NCBI GenBank assembly: GCA_002633005.1
Contig: NMRA01000748.1
Location: 104,462-168,461, forward strand
Direction of reading: 5' to 3'
DNA length: 64,000 nucleotides
DNA from: Phoronis australis
Taxonomy: Eukaryota > Animalia > Phoronida
Of this stretch, positions 12,890 through 24,700 are shown piece by piece. The notes beneath the pieces were generated by a model. It did not search any database. It was given only the letters and a program-made list of their open reading frames with translations, and was not told the origin of the DNA. The position numbers and the translations under genes were made by a program. Positions within the stretch are counted from its first letter, which is position 1. Each line of letters starts with the position of its first letter.

Positions 12890-14847
12890 AGCGGAGTTGC
12901 AATGCCGCCATATTGGAAATGGGTCAGAATGTTGCATTGTGGTTAATGCGGTATTATTCAGTAAACAAATACATCAGCAAGCGTGGGGGCGAACTGGCTA
13001 CAGGGAGGTTATACGTGTTGTGAGCCTGGCTGCTAACAGTTAGGGAGATAAAGAATTTAGTTACTACCTGTTTCCCAAGGATCATGAACTGCGTAAAAAA
13101 TGGGTCAGAAACATTGGTAGAGCTGGTAGCAAAGGCCGATTTAGTGAATTCTTCCCGACTTCCTGGCATAAAGTATGCTGCGCTCATTTTGAGGGAGGCA
13201 AGAAAACGTATCTAGGAAATTGCCCAACAATATTTCCCTCGAAAGAAACAGCAACAAATACTCCACGGCGGAGGGTAGTGAAAAAAACTTGTTTTCGCTT
13301 GACCAGAACCAAGCCAACCTGAGCAATTTTGAGGATAATGCCTCTGCACAATCACCTGTTCTGTCGACTCACTTAACGCACACTATGCAATAACGAGCTA
13401 AAACAAAGTCCAGAATATTATTTTACTTTCTACAAAATTGTGGTGCATTGCTATCAAAATTTGTTGTTAAATTACGATCATTTTTCAGAAAATTGTGCTG
13501 AAATCCCAGGGCTAAATCTCGCCGACAGATGCGTAGGTGCCAGTCTCGCAATCGTCGATAGGGCAACTTGAATTCTTGAATAAGAATAGTTTCGACTCAA
13601 CAAATTACCTGAAATCCTCCTTAAGTTTTCTCAATAGCGTCTCTTAGATTTTTAAGTTCTTGTCGAGTCTGGATTAAGTTCAAATCTGCGCTAGATTGTA
13701 GCCCGCAACATGAGAAAAATCTCTAGAGGAACACACATGTTGTTGTCACGTGACGTGTGTTTTGAAGTTTGTATGCGTGTGTGTGAGAAAGTAAGCGTGC
13801 GTGTGCTTGTCATCAGAGTTCATTTGCCACAGTAAATGTGATGTAATGATCTAGGTGTGCATTTTAACCAAAGAAATTAAATCAAGCAGTAAAGCAGAGC
13901 GTGTTTTAATATTTAGCACTTGCTGGCCTCATCTGCTAAAAACGTTCGAGAATTGTTTCGGTAAGACCGACATGTCACTCATTGAGTCGCCTGGTGAGTG
14001 GATGCGTGACCGTAGTGTAACAGCTATCTTCCGGAAGGTTCAGGGCGTAAGGGTGCGAATGTGTTCACTATCAGTGGGTCATTTTGACTTTAAAAACACG
14101 AATTATGATTAGGTAAATAATTTTTCTTAAAAATAATTCAAAAGTTTTTACAGTATTAGAACCTTTCGGAAATTAGTGCCAATATTTATTTCTTGCCAAT
14201 GCTATGTTACCCGTTTCATGAATAGATAGTTCTTGACTAAATGTCTTTGATGACAGCCGGTACATTATGCAGCGCGTGCTTCTTGGCCGCGTGCTAACAC
14301 TAGTCGAGTTTTTTTATTAGTCTTCGATTCAAGGTTTTCAGGTGTACAAAGAAGTTTCGATTCCTGTTGAGGCGGGAGAAGATCTGTACCGGAAAGATAC
14401 AATGCAAGGCCGCCAACAAGAACGCTGCGTCTGTTTTCAAAGTCCAGACCATAGTGGGACAGATTCCTCACAAGAGCAGCAAAATTTTTTGAATCGCGGG
14501 CCTAAGTTTGAAGTGTATACTGACAAAATGGTGAAGTACATGGTCTACAAACTCAGGACTGTCGGATCTTTCAATTGATAAATTGGAGACGTTACTGTAG
14601 AATTTTAGAACTGTCGGTAAGGCATTTTTTGCATGTAGTTCATGGGCTATGCGCTTACTTTAGCGAAGTATGAAAATGCGTGAGGGCACCTATAGGGGCA
14701 TGGACGCTTATTAGGCAGAATTACATAGAGCAGCGTAGTTTAATGCACACAAATCACACGTCGTGCAAACCAATCGGCCATTCCACATTATCAACCCTGA
14801 TTTCCGGACATGCGCAATCGTTAAATCGATCTGCTTGCAACTCCGCT
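12890..14847 (+). mobile_element. Non-autonomous ISL2EU/Harbinger-like DNA transposon (~1.96 kb)
   Basis: Perfect TIR AGCGGAGTTGCAA (12890-12902) / TTGCAACTCCGCT (14835-14847), AT on both sides as putative TSD; contains a THAP remnant. Confidence 0.8.
13003..13240 (+). pseudogene. THAP zinc-finger domain remnant (transposase N-terminus)
   Basis: GGYTCCEPGC*, frameshift, then DKEFSYYLFPKDHELRKKWVRNI...HKVCCAHFEGGKKTYLGNCPTIFP: C2CH, FP, W and PTIF THAP signatures. Confidence 0.85.
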
Positions 14848-15654
14848 ATTCTCAAGGCCAGCTCCAGAAAACCACCATGCAACACCCTTGCCACAAGCCA
14901 ACAAGCATATTGTTTGCATTTTGTTAATTATGGTAACTTACCTGGCTATTAACTTGAACTGGCTTGCAATTAGATTCAAATCCTGGGAGGTTAAACTCGC
15001 ATTTTGCCCTGTTTAGTTGACTATAGAACAATAATGGAATTAGGCCTTTTACTTTTAAATTAATAAAATTCAACCCTGACACTATTCTATTTCCCTTACT
15101 AACATTACCATAGAAACCATCAACAATTTATGGAAAATTTATTGGGGTTAACCAACCCTAAAATTGTGAGTTCATAAATGGTGCATGTATGTATTGCCAT
15201 TTACTTTCATTGGGATCTCTTGTTGGTAAGGAACACTATGAAACCAAATTTATGAAAGTAAAAGGCCAAATTTGACCATTGCTTACCCAACAAACAGGGC
15301 GAAATGAAGCTTTAACCAAGGTATAGACTTCCATAATGAAGTGAAACACAAACTTCAAGTGAACTGTACGCAACATTGCGAAAGAAGAACTGCCAATTGC
15401 ACATAATGTGAAAACCGAAATTGGCCAACAGACAGCGTTCTATTTAACAACGTTCGTAGTCAAGAGGGCACATAAGATCACTCCACAATCTCAGCAGCTG
15501 AATAACCGAAGAACAGTGTTTTTTTAACACCAGTAACCAGTTTATTCTAAACAAGGAAGTCAGGTGCGAGTCCCGTGTCTGATTTTATTTTGCTCACTTA
15601 TCGTTCTAAAGTAGTGTATTTGTACTTCAACAGCTTGGACTAACTCAACTGTAC

Positions 15655-15699
15655 CTGGAATGCCACTCTTCTCATGCTCAGCTACTTCACTGCTGCCAC
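15655..15699 (-). CDS. Candidate 45-nt symmetric phase-1 exon (GGSSEVAEHEKSGIPG)
   Basis: Acceptor ttgtatttcag, donor CAG|gtacag, open frame, same phase as the 9031-9225 exon. Confidence 0.45.
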
Positions 15700-16639
15700 C
15701 TGAAATACAATGTGAACAATATGTAGCAACCAAATCTAAAATGCCCCATTTAGTTGGATTCTGTGGTATTTACCCACAGTGCTGTACAACATACATCCCA
15801 CAGCTCTACACTGCTGCAGCGCTATCCACTATTCAACAGCAAAATTGTTTTGGCATTTGCTTAAATTGAACTTTTTTACAGTTGGGAGTAGGCACTTAGG
15901 TGAGTCTGACTGTAAAACCCTATGTCTATTATAATAGCAACTAATATTGGAAAAATTCAGGAGGTTTTAGGCCCCTGTTAACCATGGTACTGGCACATTC
16001 ATCGTGGTAGTCAGTGGCTTGCATGTGTGACTGTCAGTAACATAAAGTGTCCACTAATTGTCGCTTGCATGAACCTGTCATCTGGCTGGGTACAGACCAG
16101 GTGATTAGGTGAAGTGCTTGAATTCAGAACCAATTTAATTGTATTGAAAATTATTGGCAACTTGATTATTAATGCATTTAGTAGTACCAGTAATAACAAT
16201 AACAATTTTGTTGGTATTGTTGCTCATCTAAATCCTATGCATAACAGATATGGTGGGGCTGGACCTTTACCGTGGGGAGGGAGTTCGAACGAAACCCCCG
16301 AATCCCCCCAAGCTATGAGCCTGAGCTATGTTATGGTTGTATAGAATCTGAATGCAAAGCATCTTATTTCCGTGGTAAGACAAAAGATGCGAATTCCATC
16401 ACACTGTTAATAAGCCAGTACACTGTAGTAAATAAACATACGCAATGTAGGGTGTTATTATGCACCAACCCTGTGCATCGCATAAAGCGCAGATCAAAAA
16501 GATAACCATTATTTCAAATACTCCCATTAAACAGGGGAATAGTATCATGGTCAATCTTCAATTACTTTAATTAGCATACAATATGGCTGACAAGTGAATT
16601 CTGTTTTGTAAAATTTATCCACAGATTTATGTGGGCCGA

Positions 16640-16980
16640 TGGAAACTAAAGCCAGGTTCTATCTTTTCTGAAACCATTCTGTTCCTCTCCCATAAATGCC
16701 GACATCCCCAACATTCCAAATATGTTTTGAATGCCTATCCTTAACTCAATGCTCACATCTTAATTTTTTAATTAATCCTGATCAATTAATGTGTTAACCA
16801 AAACATAATGATTAAGAGCACATCAAACCTACCATCACCATCCACTTGAGGATCCTGCACGGCGCTATCTGCATCCAATCTTCCACCAAAATCCTCATCA
16901 TTCCTCACCTTCCCCAAGTACCTTGAGTTATCGGCGCTGCCCATGGCGTGTCAAAATTGAAAGTAGACCCATTGTGCCTT
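16640..16980 (-). mobile_element. Highly degenerate LINE reverse transcriptase fragment
   Basis: Broken motifs HNGST..PIT..LGKV..MRIL and GEEQNGFRKDR on the minus strand. Confidence 0.45.
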
Positions 16981-17861
16981 AAAAACAAAATTAAAATTAA
17001 TAGCCTAAATCAAGTGAATCAAATTAACAAATAAACACTGTATGAATGGTGTAGAAGTTATCGTCTCTTCCTCGCGTGATGTTGCAAACTGAGCACTGCT
17101 AGATTAACGTTAAGACATCAACAGTCACTTTTTGCGACATGAATCGATCACTAACTCTCACATGATAAGTCTTGTATTCCAAGACTTTTATGGAAACCGG
17201 CTTGTATCCCTAGAATGTACAAAAACATCATTGCTCTTCCCTCAAACAACACTTGAAAACCCCTTGTTGAATATGGATTAGACACTAATTGAATGGAGTT
17301 GGCACATAAAAAGCAAAGTATCATCCCAGTTCTGAAACAAAGTTGACAGGCCAGCGTATTTAGCCAAATGCCTACAAAATTAGAGATTTTAATTCAGTAT
17401 AGTTAACGTCTTCAAGCAGAAAGCCAATAAATTTGACTTCTGACTTTTACCAATGTGTTATTTTAAGTGGGTCATAATGATCATGTCTTTTTTAGTAAAA
17501 CTTAAAAACAAGCATTAAAAGTAAAACAATGAAATCAGTAACATGATCAAATTTTATTTGACGTAAATGTTCAAGGTGAGATGTCAAAAACGCTACTACA
17601 GTTTTCTAATATATCATTTTGTTTTTGTTGTTTTATGCAACTTTAAATTTTTTCACATAAGTAATTTTCATAGCCTCTCCCCATTCAAAGGCGGAACATC
17701 TCAAAAAGCAATAACTAAGAGCATTTTGGAAAACTGCATAGAGCATACTAGTATCTGAAAGTTTTACACAAATCCCACCAGCCATTTCTGAGAATTTTTT
17801 CAATTTCTGTAATAAAGACCATGGACCCACTGTATAAAAGAAGAACATGTAACATACTTAA

Positions 17862-19472
17862 AAGAGCATGCCACCCAAAAAACAAAAATTAATTTGTATC
17901 AATTTAGATCGAGAAGTTCTACTCCATAACGACACGTTCGGTTGCGTTACCTGACACCTGACGGCAGACGGAGGTGTTGAAATTATCCAATCACGTCATC
18001 GGTTTCACACACAGTCTCTTCAGCAGTTCACAACACGGGTTACTGGTGTCAGCTTATCGCTTGAAGTCATCATAAATCATCAAATTTCGATGTAAAACCC
18101 TCAAAAATACACTGAGTTCTTATAAAAACGTGATGTTTTAGTTCGCTTTTACGGATTTATTGGTATTTGGTTACACCGTAGCCTACAAAGTTCGGCAGGC
18201 CAATATGGTCCATAGCAGGAGTTTGGGGTCTGTTCGGAGATAATTTAGAAGTATTATTTTCCGTGAGATACAGACAGGAGAACCTAGATCTGTGTTGTTT
18301 AGACCTGTGATATTTTGAGTTCTAAACACAAAACACCCGTTATCGCAGCCGGCCGGATTGACTCGTTATCCCAGCCAGTGGCTCGGAAACTGATCAGACA
18401 TCACGGACATAAACTAGCCAAAGTTCAGTGGAAACTAAACTACCAGTCAAGAAAATACTGTACTAGTGAGCCAAAGTAATGTGCACGTGATGAAGTTGGT
18501 GAATTAGCCACGAAACTGCAAATCTACTTACTCATCGGGGGCTGCGAATTCAGGTTCCGCTTTGACCACAGCACCGTCAGAGCAGAAGTTGTACATTGAC
18601 AATCATTATTTGAGTAATGTAAATGTAAATAAAGATTCCCCTAACACCTGGCCGTGGGATGGAAATCGAGTTGCTTCACAACAGTTTCTGCCAGCAAACA
18701 CTAAATTAGCATGAGCTCACACGGCCTCGGTGTCCCGCCAATTAGTTTTATTGCACCTAAAGCTGGTAACGCAGTGATTTATTCATTGCTGCATTCTCAA
18801 ATCATTTGCACTCACAAACACTCCAAAGGCATTGCAAATTGCATCTAATGAGACAGACTTTGTTACAGTTTTGTTCATTTTGAAACAGAACGGACGCCAA
18901 CATGGCAACTTGCAATCCCAACTTAGGACGAGCTAGAGCTCATCAGTCCCAACTTCGCAGGTGGATCGTTAAGTTTTACAGGCTATCAGTTAATTCAAAC
19001 AGGAATACAGTGATGAAGAAATATTAGAGAGGCGCCGTGAACAAGCTCAAACAACGGAACGTATGGAGTTATTAGGTAAGCCGGCATTCGTCAGGCACTG
19101 TCGACGTCTGCAGGCCACAGACACGGAGATGTTTTACAGCCTCATACTTGCTATTTACAGCGTACAATTCATTCTTCACTACCATGAGCCACTTTAATTC
19201 CTAAGCATTTCGGACTCTCAAGGAAGTAAAAAAAAACGATATACCCGCTTTCCTCACAGCTGCTTAGTTCGCACAAACGGGAACAATGCACCGCAACATA
19301 GTGGCATTCACTCTGCATATGAACCACTGACGTCGCTAGCATCGTTTCTCACCTTCCTCACAGGTTAACGCGACACCTCTTGGCAAGGTAAGGTCGACCG
19401 TATGCGAGCCGATGTGGATATAGACCGATTAAGACGGCAAAAAAAACTAATTAAATCGGGTGGCATTCTCCT
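17862..19472. mobile_element. Non-autonomous Kolobok-like DNA transposon (~1.6 kb)
   Basis: TTAA on both sides (17858-17861, 19473-19476); TIR AAGAGCATGCCACCC vs AGGAGAATGCCACCC (13/15). Internal FKQEYSDEEILERRREQ (18994-19075) resembles the start of KolX/P2X7-ballast-like accessory ORFs. Confidence 0.75.
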
Positions 19473-19554
19473 TTAAGAGTGCAATCACGGAGACGAAAAG
19501 CATAAAATACATATTTACATAGGTTAATTAATTTAGCATCATGACTTGTTGACA

Positions 19555-19980
19555 TTAATCTATTGAACTTGAAAAAAGAGGGAAAATTCCAGCAGTGGAC
19601 TTCAACATAATTACTCTCAATTCAGAACATTTAGCACACCTTAGAAAGGAAATGGTACTCGTCTTCCACAACAATGGGCAGAAGGGACATACTCTTTGTG
19701 CCCTATCCAAATTAAAGTGCCTGCCTACTTCAATCAGGTACAGTGGCTGGAACAACGAAAACGTGCCACGGGTATACTCAAACTTAAATGTTTTTCCAAT
19801 TTAAATTCCTTTTTAGATTGACTATAAAACACAGCTTAGGATTACTCTCAACATTCATCTCCTTCCTTGCAAAGAACAATCCTTTATTTGCTGTCTAAAA
19901 TTAACAAAAAAGTATTTTCACACACGCCTTGATTGAACCAAACTTCTTGAAATCCATAATTTGACAATATAACTCTAACT
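19555..19980 (-). mobile_element. LINE ORF2 C-terminal fragment
   Basis: LIEVGRHFNLDRAQRVCPFC, then frameshifted EDEYHFL..C: the typical CCHC-containing LINE ORF2 3' end. Confidence 0.75.
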
Positions 19981-20579
19981 GGCCCTATTTCAGGAGTGGC
20001 GACCATTTTGATTTTAAATCATGCAAATTGTGGTAAGCTGCCCTTGAGTTACCATGAGGAGGCATTTTCAGAAGTCTGAACCAACACTTGACCACAACAA
20101 CATAGTACACAGTAAATAACAGCAACCGCCAACATTCGATCAGTACAGCATCATTTGAGCGTAAATTAGCAACACTCAACACAGTCACGCTTACAAAATT
20201 TAATATGCACTTGTTATGACCAGTTGTATTCCTGTAAGTACCATATTTCGGCTACATAGCACAAGGTATGGTAAATCATTTTACCAAATATCTCACACAC
20301 ATGCGGTTGATACAGTCAAGCTTTTTTGTAGCTTGTCGACTTTAATGGCGACATTCTTGGCTTGGGCTGACAGGGTTCGAGTAGCCATAGTCCACAATAA
20401 CTTTTGCATGAACACAACACCAAGATACTAAATGTAAAATTTGTTCAACAGTGCTATATCCCTTTCAAAGCCCTGCATGGCATTCATAAGATTGCACATT
20501 AAAAATTTTAGTAAAAACATTTCGAACCACTGGCATAAGGGAAATTCCCCTATAAGTCATTGACATTCCACTTAAGATC

Positions 20580-21025
20580 CAAAGTTAGCCAAATTTGGAC
20601 ATTTTTCCAGGGGTCTTAACATATTCACAGATGCTCTACAATTATAATGAAACAAAAATAGCCTTAATTAAGTTTAACTAAATCTTATTCCACATTTTAT
20701 GCATCAAATTCCAGACACAAATTGGCATACGTCTATGCATAACAAACCTGACCTGATATGGGGATTTCCCTTAAGTACCCATAGCAAAACTGATGGCCAC
20801 AGCTCAGCACCCCACTGAAGTTCCAAAGTTGGCCAAATTTGGACAGTTTTCTAGAGTCCTATATAGTCTTAACATATTCACAGATGCTCTACAATTACAA
20901 TGAAACAAAAATTAGCCTTAATTAAGTCTTATTCTACATTTTTTGCACCAAATTAAGCGAAGACAAATTGGCATATGTCTATGCGTAACAAACCTGTAAA
21001 ATGATGTGATAAGGGATTTCCCCGA
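20580..21025. repeat. Diverged ~250-bp tandem duplication
   Basis: aaagtt(a/g)gccaaatttggaca...tcttaacatattcacagatgctctacaatt...gggatttccc occurs at ~20580 and ~20825. Confidence 0.8.
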
Positions 21026-21755
21026 GTTATTAGTTTCATTTTCAAATTTATGTTCATGATGAAACCTTAAAACAATATGTCCTACGTTTTATAAAATAAT
21101 AATGTAAGTTTGAACATAATGCAAAAAGACATTTTTACACACCAGCTATGAACTGTACCCATAGAAACACTTATGGCCACAGGTTTTTATTAACGCCATT
21201 TTTAACAGTGATTTTGATGTCATAACATTCAGGAGATGAACTGTTTCAAATTTTAAGAACACAACTCAGCTTAATTGGCAGTCTTAATACGATATCCTTT
21301 TCATCAATCCGTTGACTGATTTTTTACCTGGATAACCAAGTTGTGTTTTTCATTTGACAACAATGGTATTAGTCTGTACATCCACAAGTACGTAGTCTTG
21401 GTTAAATTTGACGATGTTAAGTAGGCGACTGTTTCTAAGTTTTCAACTTGATTGTTATGATAAAAACAATTAATATGTGTCTGAGCTTCTGATAATTCAA
21501 CAGTGCTGGAATAAAAAGAAGTGTTATGTTTTTCCAAGCAGGTCTGATAGTTGGGTTCCTATATGCATTGAATATGCCTGACTGAATTGTCATTCATGGA
21601 GTACTCAAAGCAAGTAGGTCAAACACCATCATCAAATAATCAAAACAAAAAATGTTTGAAACAGGCTTGTCCCAACCCTTAGAGACTTTTATGTTGGTCA
21701 TAGTTCCAGTCATAGTGGTGGCTAGTCTACAATGAAAAAAAAGTAAGAGGTATAT

Positions 21756-24700
21756 CAGGGCTCGACATTAACTTTTTATTTGGCGGAATTCTTCGAATTC
21801 CGACAAGTATATTGCTCTGTCGTCAAGCTTTTTTTTGTTCGCACTGTACAGGTCGCAATTTTCATCCGATTCTCACGAAATTTGCACACGACGTAGAGAT
21901 CAGAAAGTCCTGGAAGCCTATTGTTTTTAATCATGAGAAGAATTAAATTGGCGGACATGGCGGCCATTCAAATGCTCATAGATGCCGCATTTTTTTAGCT
22001 GAAACTTGGTACAATCATCATAGAACACATGAGCTACAACTGTGACGAAAAACGTTGATTCCGGTTAAAGATGGCGGAAATATTGACAATGGCGAATACG
22101 CACCTCGATATCTGGCCAAAAACGTTTTCTCCTGTAGAGGGCGCATTGGCGAACCAATGACTTTGAAACTGGTCACGTGTTTGTTGCTATTGATCTGCTT
22201 TTATCAAATTTTGTTTAACCGGAAGTCACTATCAGGATGGCGGCTGTGGCGCATTTTCACCCGTTTTCAATCGTTCTGCTGTCGCATTTTTAATGAGAAA
22301 AGCAAATCACATGAATTTTTGCATGTGGATTCCTTAAAGTATGCTCTTTCAAAACTTTTGCGATAACGTTTTTCTCAGAACTACCGTTTTCGAGTTATTT
22401 GACTTTGAAATTCAAAAAAAACGCCTAAGTCCATTTTTTCGAATAAATTATGGAATGTTGCGAAACTATCAATTTAGATAGAGTTTTGAACGGGCTTTCA
22501 GAAGATATTTTTTATTTTTCGCTACGATGTCTACTTTTTGAATTATTCGAGATTTTCTGATAGCGCTGTTCCTTTGTTGACAGCTCTTGCTGCACTGATG
22601 TTGGTCTAGCCTCAGTTGAGCAAGACCATGAAGACATTGGTCATAGAGGCCGCATGTTTCTACGTGCAGGGGTGAACACTGGTATGATTATTATAGCACA
22701 CAAGCACTACAACTGCTCCGTAAATCTTTAACTTCCGGTCAAAGATGGCGGAAATATCGGCAAGGGCGCATGTGCACCTCGAAAACTGGCCGAAAACGTT
22801 TTCTCCTGTAGAGGGCGCATTGGTGAACCAATCATTTTCAAACTGGTCACGTGTTTGTTGCATTTGATCAGCTTTAAAAAAATTTGTCAAACCGGAAGTC
22901 ATTTTCAAGACGGCGGCTCTGGCGCATTTTCAACCATTTTCAATCGTTCTATGGTCGCATTTTTAACGGGGATTTTGGAATGTGGATTCCTTGAAGTATG
23001 CTCTTTCTAAAGGTCTGCAAGAACGTTTTTCTCAGACTTACCGTTTTCGAGTTATTTGACTTTGAATTTCAAAAAAAAACACATTTCAATTTTTTCGAAA
23101 AAAAAAAGTGTAATGTTGCGAAACTATCAATTTAGATAGAGTTTGGAACAGGCTTTCAGAAGATGTTTTCAATTTTTCACTAGGACATCTACTTTTTGAA
23201 TTATTTGAGATTTTCTGATACGGTAGCGCTGTTCCCTTGCTGAGCGCTCTAACTGCATTGATGTTGATTTAGTTTACTTGAACAAGACTGTAGCTTATTT
23301 CTTACTAATTTATGACATCTAAGTTCGTCGTATGAATGTTATGATGTTGTTCATCATCGCCACCTTCATCATCACAATCATCATCGTCGTTAATTTTGCC
23401 TATTGTCGAACCAATCACTTTCAAACTGGTCACGTGTTTGTTGCTATTGATCAGCGTTTATAAAATTTTGCTTAACTGGAAGTCACTTTCAAGATGCATG
23501 CTCTGGTGCATTTTCACCCATTTTCAATCTTTCTGTTGTCGCATTTTTAACGGGAAGAGCAAATGACATGTATTTTTGCATGTGGATTCCTTGAAGTATG
23601 CTCTTTCAAAAGTGAAACGTTTTTCTCAGACTTACCGTTTTCGAGTTATTTGACTTTGAATTTCAAAAAAATGCAAAATTTCAATTTTTTCAAAAAAATT
23701 ATGGAATGATAACAAACTTTCCATTCAGAGAGAGTTTGGAACAGGCTTTCAGAAGATGTTTTCCGTTTTTCGCTAGGACGACTACTTTTTTAATTATTTG
23801 AGATTTTCTGATAGCACTGTTCATTTGTTGAGCGCTCTTACTGCATTGATGTTGGTTTAGTTTATTTGAACAAGACTGTAGCTTATTTCTTACTAATTTA
23901 TGACATCTAAGTTCGTTGTATGAATGTTATGATGTTGTTCATCATCGCCACCTTCATCATCACAATCATCATCGTCGTTAATTTTTCCTAATGCCGCTCA
24001 AGATTCTAGGTAGCACAGAACAGTCAGGCAACGGAGCATTTTCTAGTCCCTAGAATTTATGTTGAGGGCATGTGTCAGGTTTGGCGGGTGGTTTGAGGAA
24101 ATTGTTGACAATTGCCAGGAAAGTTATTTACCTGTGTTTTTGAATGAGAAAAGCCAAGTTTTACCTACTTTTGATGCAAACTGGTGGCTGTCATTTGCTA
24201 TCAACCCCTGTCGTCTGCTGTCCGAGAAACCGGGTGCAATTTCAGGTGGCTGTCAGACAGATCAAATTTACCAAAAAAAGTAGCTGGTAAGAAGCTTACT
24301 ATGACCACATATTTAGAATCTAGTGAGGACGAGCATTCTGAATCTGAAGTCAGACTTTTTCTAGCACATGCAGAGAAGTGGTTATTTCGGGGAGAAAATT
24401 GTCAAATTTGGCGTTTTTTGCAAATAGTTTTGTGTACTGGGATTTTCTTGCCATGTATATTAACCGATCAGAAATCTGTACAGTTTGATAGAGTTTTAAA
24501 CAGGCTTTCATAAGATACTTTTCATTTCTCGCTAGTCATCATGATCGTCGTCGTCGTCCTCCCCATCGTCCTGTTTTCGCGTAATTTCACCAAGTGTCGC
24601 TCCTCCGAGCACTCTCGTTTTTTTTTGTTCGCTCTCTACAGGTCACAATTTTCGTCCTATCCACACGAAATTTACACACAACGAGTAGCTCCGGAAGTGC

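Noticed and set aside
16833-16944. Candidate first exon MGSADNSRY...DGD with Kozak ATG and phase-1 donor
   Set aside because: It overlaps degenerate LINE RT motifs, so it is better explained as a retroelement remnant; exonisation cannot be excluded without RNA data.
24000-24322. Insertion with AGATTCTA/TAGAATCT ends inside the HINE array
   Set aside because: An 8-bp inverted match with no clear TSD is too weak to call.
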